Shown piece after piece: positions 53,806 through 64,000 of a DNA stretch of 64,000 bases. The DNA is from an uncultured bacterium (GTDB lineage Bacteria > Bacteroidota > Bacteroidia > Bacteroidales > Muribaculaceae), in contig CAJMMT010000003.1 of NCBI GenBank assembly GCA_905214715.1, positions 1,804 to 65,803 of the forward strand, written 5' to 3'. The position numbers and the translations under genes were made by a program. Every line of letters begins with the position of its first letter. Position 1 is the stretch's first letter. The notes under the pieces are model-generated. The model was given only the letters and a program-made list of their open reading frames with translations. It ran no database searches and was not told the DNA's origin.

Positions 53806-54710
53806 TGATAATACACACTCTGGGATGCGGCAGCGCGAAGCCGACTCTGCGTCATCAGCCTTCATCGACCGTCCTTGAGCACCGGGGCAACCTTTTCATG
53901 ATAGACTGCGGAGAGGGCGCTCAGACTGCCATGCAGCGCAATAAGCTGAATATAGGACGGCTCTCGAATATCTTTCTCACGCATCTTCACGGCGATCATG
54001 TGTTCGGACTTCCGGGGCTTATGGGCACGATGGCCCTGTCCGGCAATACAGGGTCGATAACCATACATACCTTCCGCGAGGGAAAAGAGATTCTTGAGCG
54101 TATTTTCTCTTTCTTCAACCATCATACCGATATGGAGATACGTTTCAATGTGATACGGCCCGACTCGGAAGATGTGATCTGGGAGAATTCTTCGTTCACC
54201 GTGCGGACCGTTCCATTGAAACATAGTGTACCCGCCGTAGGCTACCTGTTTGAAAAGAAAGAGGGACTACGTCATCTCAACCGGGCCATGTGCGATTTTC
54301 ATGGAGTTCCTACATCCCGTTTCAATCTCATAAAGAATGGAGAGGACTTCGTAAAGCCCGACGGTATTGTCGTGCCGAACGATATGCTTACTTTCCCTCC
54401 CACCCCGCCGCGACGTTATGCCCATATTTCAGATACGGCATACATGCCCGGCCTTGCAGAAAAGATAGAGGGGTTCAATCTTCTTTTTCACGAGACCACC
54501 TATCTTGATGAGCACTGCCTCGAAGCCAAAATGCGCGGACATTCAACAGCCGCGCAGGCCGCTACCGTAGCTCGCGACGCCAAGGTCGGAAGGTTGCTGA
54601 CAGGACACTACTCTTCCCGCTATAAAAACGACGAAGGATTCCTTAAAGAGGCCTCGGCCATCTTCCCGAACACTATACTGAACCGCGAGGGGCTGGTAAC
54701 CGAAGTGTGA
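53805..54710 (+). CDS. rnz: Ribonuclease Z
   Basis: DCGEG, THLHGDH, SDT, HETT, GHST, HYSSRY. Confidence 0.94.
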   Translation: MIIHTLGCGSAKPTLRHQPSSTVLEHRGNLFMIDCGEGAQTAMQRNKLNIGRLSNIFLTHLHGDHVFGLPGLMGTMALSGNTGSITIHTFREGKEILERIFSFFNHHTDMEIRFNVIRPDSEDVIWENSSFTVRTVPLKHSVPAVGYLFEKKEGLRHLNRAMCDFHGVPTSRFNLIKNGEDFVKPDGIVVPNDMLTFPPTPPRRYAHISDTAYMPGLAEKIEGFNLLFHETTYLDEHCLEAKMRGHSTAAQAATVARDAKVGRLLTGHYSSRYKNDEGFLKEASAIFPNTILNREGLVTEV

Positions 54711-54722
54711 GCATTGGTATGA

Positions 54723-54765
54723 AATAACGGGAGACACCCATTTTACATGAATGCCTCCCGTTATT
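54723..54765. terminator. Bidirectional terminator hairpin
   Basis: AATAACGGGAG...CTCCCGTTATT between convergent genes. Confidence 0.7.
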
Positions 54766-54781
54766 ATTCCTTACGTCAGCT

Positions 54782-56416
54782 TTATTTGCCCACGCGCATT
54801 GTCTTGATAGTCTTGACCGTGCCGTCTTTGTATACGATTCGGCAGATAACCGGTCCTTTGCAGGTAGGATCTACGACATGGCCCTGAAGATTGTAGAACG
54901 TACATGATGCTTCCTCTCCATGAATCCGCGTTGAATTCACACCGGAGTCCGCACCAGTCACAATTTCGCTGCAAAGCTCTTTTCCTTCTTCGTTGATATA
55001 TACAGACTGCACTCCGCATCCTTCTTCGGGAAGTTCGAAGTGGAAGAAGATTTCATGGTAGTTGCCACTGCAGAAGATATCCCAGTTGTCATACTGGCCA
55101 TAGGGCATGTTCACCATATCGTTCTCTATTTCAAAATGAGGATACTCATCAGAAGTGAAGATGTAAACCTCACCATCTATATAAATACGGTAATAAAGCC
55201 TGTCGGTTTCAAGCACACAACCCTCATTATCTACGACGGGAATTCTGAATGCAATCCTGCCGGCCTCGAAATAATCGTCCCAAGGCTCCACTTCAAGTTC
55301 ATATGGATTGGCCGGAGGTGTGTTGATATTACGCTCCTGACCATAAATCTCCACATCCTCGTAAATTGTAAGCAGGTAAAAGTCTTCAGGCATCGAACAG
55401 ATGGCATATCCGTCCACGAGCTCAAGTTTTTTGCCCTCGGCATCATATTCGAACACCGCTTCCACATTGGGGGAGCCTTTCATAATTTCTTCATCCTCAT
55501 CATATTCATATTCGATAGTTGTACCCCACAGATAGGAATAATATGCGATGGTGGGATTTATACCGATATAGGAACCGGATGGTATTGTCACTTTTCCGTC
55601 GGAAATCTTACCCTTTACCCAGGCATCCTGCACTCCACGGTCGATTCCCTGAATATATATATCATCACCATGGAGCGCGACACCGATTAACGCGGTTTCG
55701 TATGGATCCTTGAAAACCCATTTGTCAAGAACCGCATCCGCGGGAGGCGTGACTCCATTTTCAACCGCATGAGCTGTCAACTGTATGCCGGATTCGCCGT
55801 AGCCCATCCATGCATAGCCCGTCTCACCTGTGGGATTTCCATCCATGTCGGCCAGCTCTCCGTAAGCGGCGAGGCCGAGAAGTATCTCCGGATCTGCCGC
55901 TTCATAACCGGTATCGGTCTTCTTTAGCACATATTTCATGTCATCGGTGGCCATATACGTACCCTTGCCCTCTTCATTAACCACACGCTTCATGGGCAAC
56001 ATATACATTTTGATCACCTCCTCGGTCCAGTCGTCATATTCATCATATACGAACTGCGGGCCTTCAATCACAATTGAGCCATCGGAGTCGTAGCTTCCTT
56101 TCAGATAGCTCAGCATGGTGAAATCTGCCAACGGGTTGGAAAAATAGAGAGTGCCATCTGCCGTGGATACCTGGCGCACTACAGAACCCTTGATATCATT
56201 GCGCTTCAAACCCTCCCAGTAGTCGTTAGCGAACTCGGTGCAGTTACGGCTGAAGAAAGTCAGTTCACCGTCGGGCACATAAAAAATAATTTCGTCATTT
56301 TCATTAGGTGGTGTCACTGCCTTACACACCTTGTAGATAGGAGTGGCTTCCTGCTGCATGGCTATGGTCGGTAGAGCCATGAATGCCATTGTTACGAAAA
56401 GTAGATTTTTTGTCAT
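54782..56416 (-). CDS. Acidic secreted protein with a T9SS C-terminal-domain-like end
   Basis: Signal peptide; C-terminal FYNLQG...ICRIVYKDGTVKTIK. Confidence 0.7.
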   Translation of the reverse strand: MTKNLLFVTMAFMALPTIAMQQEATPIYKVCKAVTPPNENDEIIFYVPDGELTFFSRNCTEFANDYWEGLKRNDIKGSVVRQVSTADGTLYFSNPLADFTMLSYLKGSYDSDGSIVIEGPQFVYDEYDDWTEEVIKMYMLPMKRVVNEEGKGTYMATDDMKYVLKKTDTGYEAADPEILLGLAAYGELADMDGNPTGETGYAWMGYGESGIQLTAHAVENGVTPPADAVLDKWVFKDPYETALIGVALHGDDIYIQGIDRGVQDAWVKGKISDGKVTIPSGSYIGINPTIAYYSYLWGTTIEYEYDEDEEIMKGSPNVEAVFEYDAEGKKLELVDGYAICSMPEDFYLLTIYEDVEIYGQERNINTPPANPYELEVEPWDDYFEAGRIAFRIPVVDNEGCVLETDRLYYRIYIDGEVYIFTSDEYPHFEIENDMVNMPYGQYDNWDIFCSGNYHEIFFHFELPEEGCGVQSVYINEEGKELCSEIVTGADSGVNSTRIHGEEASCTFYNLQGHVVDPTCKGPVICRIVYKDGTVKTIKTMRVGK

Positions 56417-56622
56417 ATTTGTTATATATTAAAACATTGTCCAGCGTTGTCGCATACCGGAATCGCTCAGCTAAGGTAATATATTTTTTTAATAATTTCG
56501 TATTTATCGAATAAAAAAAAGCATCGAATTATAAAATTGGAAGTATTTTCCAACAGGACAAATACACCTGGTCTGACAAATCGCCAGAACAGCTAATTAA
56601 ACCCTATACCTAAACGACTCAC

Positions 56623-56667
56623 AAAAAAAGTAAAAGCCGCAGAGACGATCCCTGCGGCTTTTACTTT
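56623..56667 (-). terminator. Intrinsic terminator
   Basis: 16-bp arms AAAGTAAAAGCCGCAG/CTGCGGCTTTTACTTT plus a T-run on the minus strand. Confidence 0.8.
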
Positions 56668-56682
56668 GGAGACAATCAAAAT

Positions 56683-58698
56683 TTACATAACGACCTTGGC
56701 GACGGCTGTCTTGCCGGCACCTTCGGCCTTCACGATTACCGTGCGGCCTTTGGCTACGCTCAGGATATGCTCGCCGGGCTGCATATCTCCGGTAAAGAGA
56801 TTGGTTCCGTCCACACTCCACACGCTTACACGTGCGCTCTCGTTAAGTTTGATTCCGAGACCGCCGGCTACCGGCATTACTGTCAGTTTCAGAGCCTCCG
56901 AAACGGCCGAGACCACACCTGAGCCTTCCAAGCTTTCTGCCCAATCTGCATAATCGAGGATGTCGCTACCTATGATGTTGCCGTTAGGCCCTATGAGCAT
57001 AGCGACTACGGCGCAATTGGTTATATCCTGCACATCATCGGTTATATCTACCAGAAGATCATCGGAACGAACCTCTCCGGCAGTCCATCCGCCTTCCAGG
57101 GCCTTACCGCTGTAAGAGGGAGATATGGCGCGCACAACTTCATTGTATTTCATTTCACTATAAGGAACACACGGATAGCGAGAAGCCGGATCGATTGTAG
57201 TGCGGTTAAGGAACAGGCTGAAATAGGGTACCAGATCCTCTCCATAGGCTTGAGCCACCGCCGATTCTCCATACTGTCCATAGTAGTCTATCTGATTCCA
57301 GTCGTTTGTATTTCCATGCACTCCGTTCTCCATCAGGACAACAGCCAGATTTACAGGAGACGCCGAAGTTGAAAATGAAAGTTTGCTACCGGCGCGCACT
57401 CGGATTTTTGTATTATCCGCAGCGTCCGGACCGGCTTCAAGAATATTAAGATGTCCATAAGACAACGATGCCATGGCGCCTTCGACATCCACTTCTCCCG
57501 GATCACCTGCCGTAGCACGGTTTACAAGAGCCATAGGATAGCCCACCTGAGAACTGAACTTACCCATACGGGTCATAATGGGAGTCAGATAGGTCGCATC
57601 AGCCTGCATCATGTCGCCGTCATGGATCATAAGAGGTATCACCTTACCTTTGCCGAGCGAGTTATATTTATCCTGATAGTAATTCATAAATGCGATACCG
57701 CGAGGACACCAGCCGCACCACGAACCGGTGATTTCCTCCACAAGTGCCGATGATTCATATTTTGATTCGGCCAATGCCAGCTTTCCTTTGATAACGGTAG
57801 GTTGAAGGCTCTCGTCGTTAGGTGTTATCGTGATGGTATAGCCCTGCTCTTTCGCACCCTGCATGTCAATGGCTTCCGGAAATACGAAACTGCTGTTGAC
57901 CACCTTGTTTTTTTTCAAAACCGATGAATTGACATACGTGGTCTCGAAACCATTGTCCGTACGGAGTACAGCCTTATAACCGTTAACTTCTATCGGCGTG
58001 GAGATAGAGTATTGCACACCTAAGGCCTTATTGTCATAATTATCGGGAAGTATCACATAGTCAAGTTCATCGGCGTTACCAACCTTCGAATAATACTGAC
58101 AAGCGACAATATCATAGAAACCGATCAGTCCCGAAGTGTTATCATGATTCACCAAGGCAACCCTGATCTTCTTCCCTTTGTATCCTTCAAGTACAAAAAG
58201 CCGCATGCCGGTATAGATATCATTGGCTTTTCCGGTAAAAGTTCCGTTGTAAACGTTGGTAAAATCTTCTTTAGATGTTCCTCCCTCGGATACGTAGAGA
58301 GAGATTCTCTGCGTGCCCCCCTTACCTGTCTGCATGATCGAGTAACAGAACATCGCCACATCATCCTCGACGGTCAACTCCGGAGTTATAAGCCACTGGT
58401 CTGAAGGGACAGCACCCGAAGCACCGGTAAATCCACAGGGAGAACATGCTGCGGCGGTACTGCCACCCCACGACAGGAACATGTATGCATTGGTTGGGGT
58501 GTATCCTTTAAAGTATCTGGCCCAGTCCGCCTCAATGGTTCCATCCACACCATAGGTAGTATACCCCTGGGGAGTACCGTAATTCTTATTGTACATCTGG
58601 TCGACGAAGTCGCTGGTAAAGTATGTCGGAGTCGAAACCTCGGCAAAGGCGCCAAGGGCCGCCATTCCGGACATTAATCCAAGTAAAACTTTTCTCAT
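56683..58698 (-). CDS. Secreted protein: cleaved-adhesin-like domain, Omp28/thioredoxin-like domain, T9SS-like C-terminus
   Basis: Signal peptide; SDQWLITPEL..YKGKKIRVAL; EEITGSWCGWCPRG, GYP; VWSVDG..AKVVM terminus. Confidence 0.75.
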   Translation of the reverse strand: MRKVLLGLMSGMAALGAFAEVSTPTYFTSDFVDQMYNKNYGTPQGYTTYGVDGTIEADWARYFKGYTPTNAYMFLSWGGSTAAACSPCGFTGASGAVPSDQWLITPELTVEDDVAMFCYSIMQTGKGGTQRISLYVSEGGTSKEDFTNVYNGTFTGKANDIYTGMRLFVLEGYKGKKIRVALVNHDNTSGLIGFYDIVACQYYSKVGNADELDYVILPDNYDNKALGVQYSISTPIEVNGYKAVLRTDNGFETTYVNSSVLKKNKVVNSSFVFPEAIDMQGAKEQGYTITITPNDESLQPTVIKGKLALAESKYESSALVEEITGSWCGWCPRGIAFMNYYQDKYNSLGKGKVIPLMIHDGDMMQADATYLTPIMTRMGKFSSQVGYPMALVNRATAGDPGEVDVEGAMASLSYGHLNILEAGPDAADNTKIRVRAGSKLSFSTSASPVNLAVVLMENGVHGNTNDWNQIDYYGQYGESAVAQAYGEDLVPYFSLFLNRTTIDPASRYPCVPYSEMKYNEVVRAISPSYSGKALEGGWTAGEVRSDDLLVDITDDVQDITNCAVVAMLIGPNGNIIGSDILDYADWAESLEGSGVVSAVSEALKLTVMPVAGGLGIKLNESARVSVWSVDGTNLFTGDMQPGEHILSVAKGRTVIVKAEGAGKTAVAKVVM

Positions 58699-58835
58699 AT
58701 TATTATGTGATTTGGTAATATTCTATTCTCAGTTGCGAGTATTCTTTATGAAAATATCCCGGCCATTCACCCCAATTATACACCGGTCAATTCATAAATG
58801 CCACTTGTCAGCTACAATATTAATAATAATTTTTG

Positions 58836-58902
58836 AAAAAAAAAGCAGTCTCGGGCAGATTTATAGTTGTCTTACCGACAAATCTGCCCGATTCTGCTTT
58901 TT
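58836..58902 (-). terminator. Long terminator hairpin after the alpha-2-macroglobulin gene
   Basis: AAAAGCAG..TCGGGCAGATTT/AAATCTGCCCGA..CTGCTTTT with A9 on plus (T-run on minus). Confidence 0.8.
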
Positions 58903-58925
58903 AGGCTTAACTGTAGGCAATGGCC

Positions 58926-61900
58926 TTATCTTGACAAGACATTGATTTTCTTTCCTGCGGAGTGCCCTGTCAGCGTCGGAGCATACTGCGACTGCAGTGT
59001 GGCTATACCGGCTGTGAAATTCCCTTCCTGAGACAATCTGCAGTCATAGCTTATCTGGAAACTTCCTTTACGCAGGTAAGGAATGAAGAAATTTGTTACG
59101 GCATTGCGCATTTCCCTGTAGAGCCATACACTGTCTATCATATCGCTCCCCGACAGAGCCTCCACGGGTTCAAGACAAGCGGCCCGTTCGTCGGCAAGCA
59201 CGACATATTCCATATCGCGCTCATTCTCCACGGTGAGGAGGACTCTCACCAGATCGCCCTTGCGTGCAATTCCATCGCCTTCTCCGGAGAACGGGATGGC
59301 TTTCTGTTCTCCATTCTCTTCGCGAAGCAGATATATATCTTTGCGGACCCTCACATCTATGGTGCCGGATGCCTTCACATCGTCTATCGGAGCGATATAT
59401 TGGCATATCACACCGCCCCATGCCGGGGAATCCGCATCTCGTTTTATAGAAAGTGTCGCACCCGAGGCTTTCTTTGTGTCGAGATTGATCGTTACCTCTC
59501 CATAGGGAGGCATATCACTATCCTTAACGATTTTCTTGCCTCTTACAGTGATCTGGGGTCGCGATGAAAATGCGCTCCAATCCGCACCGCATGAAAGCAC
59601 ACCTTGCACGAGTTCGGCTCCGTACGACATATCAGACCAGTCTTCGGCCTGACGCTGAAGCAACAGCCACTGGCGCAACGAATCTACATCAGCCGATTCC
59701 GGGGCTATATCGATATATGCTTCAAGAACCTGAGTTGTTGTTATCAGTTTGTTCCATGGCGAGAACGCACCTCCCGAAAGTGAGTCGAACCACATGCCTC
59801 TCTCCTTGGTGCGGGTGGAGAACTGACTTAAGGAATTAAGTATTGTACGCGCTTCAACCATATCGTTTTCGCGAGCCAACAAAGTTGCGGCTGTAGCCTT
59901 GTCATAAATATCATAGCCTCGCCAGTTAGCCGCCACAAGCTTAAGACATTTCGCGGCATATTTCCTGAATTCCGAACTCTCCCGAGGCAACATACCGGCC
60001 TGCTTGTAATAGCTTCTTACATATAGGAAATCGCGCAGAGACTCGATGTCGGAATCGGTGGGCTTATGTTTTTTGAATCCGTCAAGCCATTCTCTTTCCA
60101 CGTATTCTATAGCCTGTGTAAGATTATTCCGGTATCCTTTTTCTGATGGCATGTATCCGAAACGGCCCAACATGGCATTGTAAAGCAATACCTGAGAAGT
60201 GGCCCACATCGATGATTTTCCTTCCGGACACCAGGCATAGCCGCCGTCGGAACGGTGCAAGGCCTGCAACTTGTCTATTATATCGGCTATCTTGCGATTT
60301 CCGGCGGTGCTGTCGAGCAATTCGCCCAGCGAATGCATGCGCAACGTCTCGGATTCGGCTTTATTGACCCACGGGGTTTCTGACAAAGCGGCAATCTTCA
60401 GCTGCGGATTGTTCTGAAGCGGTGAATTGAGTATCGTTGTCTCGCCATTGGAATCGGACTCTATCATCTCTTTGAGTCCAGACCTCAGAGCGGGATATTT
60501 CTCCATCAGGCCAAGTCCTATGCAATTACCGTAGAGAGAACGGAGCACCGACATTATACCGGCACCGGTATCGCCGGCAAGAGAGGGCAATGCCGTTACA
60601 CAATACCATAGCGGATTGTCGCAGTACGTAAGCGTTGCAGACGACTTTCCGGGGAATTCGGGCAACTTTATTTTGAATTCCTTTTCACCCGGCGCGAGAT
60701 AGAAAGGAGTGGATTCCACCACAGGCGACGAGCTGGGTAATACCTGCAACGGAGCCTGCTCCCCATCGCTGTTACCCTCCGAAAGAGCATAAGCCCTTAT
60801 GGCGAGAAGACTCAGGTCTGAAGGCACATCATATTCCAGGGTTATGACTCTGCCCGACGACGGAGCGGCATCAGTCGCTTTAAAATCCTTTGCGACCAAT
60901 ACTTTACCTGAAACAGGATCGGCGACTTCAATGCGTCCGCCAAGAGGAAGGTTGCGTTCGGTATTGTTATACAATGTAGCCGCGAGAACTATCCGGTCGG
61001 ATGTGCGCACGAACCGTGGAGCGTTCATCTGAACCATCACAGGCTTGGCACTGACCGCGTCGAGCGTTGTCATGGCACTCTGAAGAGCGCTGTCATAGCC
61101 GAGAATCTGGAATTTCCATGTAGTGTTGAAATCGGGTACCTCAAACTCCACGTTCACAATACCGTCATGGTCTGAAACAAGTGAAGGACGGAAGAATGCT
61201 ACCGGCATTTCCGACTCCCGCAAAGGTACATCCGGAGACTCAGACGAGTCCGGGGCTTCGGCACCCCCTGCACCTGCGACAGGGGCAGAGTCATCCGCAA
61301 TCTCTTCCTCAGCTTCTTCAACCGCACCATAGTCTGCTGTATTCTCAGCCTTGCTCATCTTCATTTCATTCCTTACCATGGAACGCGCTACCATAGTACC
61401 CTCAGTCATTGGAGCTTCCGTCAAAACAACATCATATAAGACTTCTCTGCTGACCGCTGTATTATAAATCCAGTCGGGCAATGCAAAATGGAATGATTTG
61501 TATGCAACAGGAGATCTGCCATATATATAAGAACTGCGTGTTCCATTCGGAACCCAGTTGATTTCAGCCGCCGAATACCATGACGTCCATTTCCGGGGAT
61601 TGAAAATCCAGTTGAACGGCACCAGGGAATCAAGAGCCTTGTCTGTCATGACGGCCATAGCCGATATCTCTGGAACGCCTTCTTCTGCCTTGCTGAAACG
61701 GAAAGACCATTTTTCTTTATCGCCCGCATTAAGCCTGTCGCGGAATGAGACTGTCTGACATTTCAGCTCCTTGCGCGAAGAGGCGGGAAGGACTGTGATC
61801 TCTTCTGTATATTGTTTGTTGTCGCGAACGGCAATAAGTCGTATAAACGTTCTTGAATCATCAGCAGGAGATGGAACGTCGATTCTGAGATTCCTTCCCT

Positions 61901-64000
61901 CCGGCATATACCAATTGCGCGACACCACTTCATCCGGAGTTGCAACGATACAAAGAATGTGCTGGTCGGCAAATGCGGAACCTACTGTAATTGAGGTCGT
62001 ATTTCCTTGATCCGGAGCCACAATCCGGTTTTCAGGCACCCACAACGCCGTCTGCACCGGAGGCCGGACATCATCTTCACGCCAAATAACAAACTCCGCT
62101 TCGCTCTTGGCAGCGTCGCTTACCTTTATCTCTGATTGATTCCCGACATCGGCAAGCCCGAATTCAAGTTTGTATTTTCCTGAGGGTAGCTTAGCCGCCG
62201 GCAATGAAAATGCCGGAGATTGGAATTCGCCACTGCATATTTTATCTGATACTGAGGTGTGCCCTTCTTTATCGGTAATACGGTACAGGATATATTCTAC
62301 CTTTCTTATCTGAGGCATACCGAGCATGTCTCGTACAGGCACATTGAAACGCACGCTGTCGGAGGCTACCTGCATACGCGCCGGTATCTCCGGAACTATG
62401 GCTTCGGCGCTGCCGAACGTAAACCTGCAGTCTCCACGCTGAGTCTCCCCGGCCTGCGAAGTGACAGATGCCTCCACCGAGTAAGAGGCGCACGCGAAGG
62501 GGGTGTCTTTAAGATTTGAGTTGAGGAGCGTTATCTCGAACTTGCCCTCCGAATCAGTAACAGCCCCGGTGCTGAACCGTGCGTTTCCTATGGGGCTGAA
62601 CCAGAAACGCCAGGGGATATAGTTGACTGTCAAATCAATCTGCGCGCCTGCAACCGGCATCCCGGAATAAGTGCGTGCGCTTCCTTTTATCTTGATTTCT
62701 TCCGGCAATCCTTTAGCTACTGTTCCGATACCGAACTCCGTTTCCACAACCACACTGAAAGTCGGAGTCTTGTATTCCTCAACTGAAATGTCGGCATACC
62801 CTATTATCTTTTTGCTTTCATCGGCCAAAGAAGCCTCTATCCTCCATCGGCCCAGCATTCCTTTGTCGGGAATGATGAACGATGAAGAGACGTTTCCATA
62901 GCGGTCGGTTCGCATGCTGAGTGTATCAACCACTACATTAGATGCGTTACGCAAAGCGATTTTTACATTTTGATCCCGCGACAGCGAGAAACTGTTACCG
63001 ACATGGGTGTAGAACACAGCCTCGAATTCCACTTTCTGACCCGGTTTCGCGATGGATCTGTCAAGGAAGAGAGCTGCATCGCTACCTGCCTGTTCATGGC
63101 GGTTCATAGGATACAGATATGCCTCGGTTACAAGCTTATCATCACCTTTCGATATCTCAAGCCTTGATACTTTCTTCACTTCTTCGGCACCTATGGATGC
63201 ACGTCCATCCATATCGGTCTCGGTTGAAGAGACAAGACGGAACCCGTTGTTGCCTGTACGTCTGTTCCAAGGCAATCTTTCGTAAGTCTTGACAACGGCA
63301 TTGTCGACGGGAGCGCCATTCACGGCATCTACCGCATATACAAAAGTATTCCTATCTTTGTCAGCCATCGGTAAATCACGCTCGGTGGCTGCAGCGATAG
63401 ATGTAACACGGAATAAAGCCGGTCTGTTGTCAGCATAGTCTTTCTTATAGCTGCGTATATCCTCCCGATCTGTAACGATCAGAGCGTAAACGCCACATGG
63501 GAGACTTTCAAGATTTACCACAGTATCGGCACTGAAAGGTGTCGTCTCTCCAATGGTAACTTTAAGTGATGCAGCCACCTTGCCTACCCCGGGTACATCC
63601 CTGACACTGATGTCGCTGTTCCATTTACTTTCCGGAATTTTCACGGCATGGAGCCACATCTGCTGCTGATTGCGCACCCGCAGACTCACCGGAATCTCAT
63701 GGTCCGGAAGATTGTTTACCTCGATTCTCGCCGATATGTTTGTCATTTTCATCGACTCCACACAATATCGGAGATTAGGAGCATAAAGCCCCTTGGGATA
63801 ACTCTGCAGGCTCTTTTCGGCAGATGCCATAAATTCCTTTCTGGCCTTATCCTCTTTCAAACGGTCGCCAAGCCTCACAAGGATAGGCTGCTCTGTTTCG
63901 GTGCCTTCGTAAAAATCCGTCCATTTTCTGTAGTAGGCTACCAATGATTCATCGTATCCGTTGCCATTGTTCCACGTATTTTTGACGGCAGAGCTTCCAA
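58926..64000 (-). CDS. Bacterial alpha-2-macroglobulin family protein (5' end outside window)
   Basis: Frame stays open to the window edge; LDRSIAKPGQ, VEEYKTPTF, PDFNTTW, NAPRFVR, DGGYAW, DERAACLEP, QSQYAP. Confidence 0.9.
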   Translation of the reverse strand, partial: GSSAVKNTWNNGNGYDESLVAYYRKWTDFYEGTETEQPILVRLGDRLKEDKARKEFMASAEKSLQSYPKGLYAPNLRYCVESMKMTNISARIEVNNLPDHEIPVSLRVRNQQQMWLHAVKIPESKWNSDISVRDVPGVGKVAASLKVTIGETTPFSADTVVNLESLPCGVYALIVTDREDIRSYKKDYADNRPALFRVTSIAAATERDLPMADKDRNTFVYAVDAVNGAPVDNAVVKTYERLPWNRRTGNNGFRLVSSTETDMDGRASIGAEEVKKVSRLEISKGDDKLVTEAYLYPMNRHEQAGSDAALFLDRSIAKPGQKVEFEAVFYTHVGNSFSLSRDQNVKIALRNASNVVVDTLSMRTDRYGNVSSSFIIPDKGMLGRWRIEASLADESKKIIGYADISVEEYKTPTFSVVVETEFGIGTVAKGLPEEIKIKGSARTYSGMPVAGAQIDLTVNYIPWRFWFSPIGNARFSTGAVTDSEGKFEITLLNSNLKDTPFACASYSVEASVTSQAGETQRGDCRFTFGSAEAIVPEIPARMQVASDSVRFNVPVRDMLGMPQIRKVEYILYRITDKEGHTSVSDKICSGEFQSPAFSLPAAKLPSGKYKLEFGLADVGNQSEIKVSDAAKSEAEFVIWREDDVRPPVQTALWVPENRIVAPDQGNTTSITVGSAFADQHILCIVATPDEVVSRNWYMPEGRNLRIDVPSPADDSRTFIRLIAVRDNKQYTEEITVLPASSRKELKCQTVSFRDRLNAGDKEKWSFRFSKAEEGVPEISAMAVMTDKALDSLVPFNWIFNPRKWTSWYSAAEINWVPNGTRSSYIYGRSPVAYKSFHFALPDWIYNTAVSREVLYDVVLTEAPMTEGTMVARSMVRNEMKMSKAENTADYGAVEEAEEEIADDSAPVAGAGGAEAPDSSESPDVPLRESEMPVAFFRPSLVSDHDGIVNVEFEVPDFNTTWKFQILGYDSALQSAMTTLDAVSAKPVMVQMNAPRFVRTSDRIVLAATLYNNTERNLPLGGRIEVADPVSGKVLVAKDFKATDAAPSSGRVITLEYDVPSDLSLLAIRAYALSEGNSDGEQAPLQVLPSSSPVVESTPFYLAPGEKEFKIKLPEFPGKSSATLTYCDNPLWYCVTALPSLAGDTGAGIMSVLRSLYGNCIGLGLMEKYPALRSGLKEMIESDSNGETTILNSPLQNNPQLKIAALSETPWVNKAESETLRMHSLGELLDSTAGNRKIADIIDKLQALHRSDGGYAWCPEGKSSMWATSQVLLYNAMLGRFGYMPSEKGYRNNLTQAIEYVEREWLDGFKKHKPTDSDIESLRDFLYVRSYYKQAGMLPRESSEFRKYAAKCLKLVAANWRGYDIYDKATAATLLARENDMVEARTILNSLSQFSTRTKERGMWFDSLSGGAFSPWNKLITTTQVLEAYIDIAPESADVDSLRQWLLLQRQAEDWSDMSYGAELVQGVLSCGADWSAFSSRPQITVRGKKIVKDSDMPPYGEVTINLDTKKASGATLSIKRDADSPAWGGVICQYIAPIDDVKASGTIDVRVRKDIYLLREENGEQKAIPFSGEGDGIARKGDLVRVLLTVENERDMEYVVLADERAACLEPVEALSGSDMIDSVWLYREMRNAVTNFFIPYLRKGSFQISYDCRLSQEGNFTAGIATLQSQYAPTLTGHSAGKKINVLSR

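Noticed and set aside
52594..53865. 423-aa antisense ORF over sdaA (similarly 2525-3634, 35114-36079, 42563-43582, 44618-45703, 45582-46709)
   Set aside because: Shadow ORFs in register with well-conserved genes on the other strand; no motifs; expected from codon bias

Overview
Core-genome segment of a Bacteroidales bacterium. The TAnnTTTG promoters, lack of Shine-Dalgarno sites and Bacteroidetes-type atp gene order support the order; Muribaculaceae-like is a guess. It carries housekeeping genes (fabH/fabG/ispD/recG, folC, RNase E/G, HU, rmuC, rnpB, sdaA, rnz), a three-gene alpha-glucan/glycogen cluster, a TonB receptor plus lipoprotein, two putative T9SS-secreted proteins and a partial alpha-2-macroglobulin. 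No mobile elements, CRISPR arrays, tRNAs or rRNAs were seen. The outstanding feature is a ~17.8 kb minus-strand bioenergetic superoperon: a complete F1Fo ATP synthase gene set (atpD-C-B-E-F-H-A-G) sits inside an 11-subunit complex I operon, between nuoH and nuoI. It has one consensus promoter in front of nuoA and the only clear intrinsic terminator after nuoN. Also noted: an un-called 29-aa ribosomal protein bS22-like gene, and palindromes resembling the Cur (BT4338/CRP-like) box upstream of both the nuo-atp and glycogen operons.
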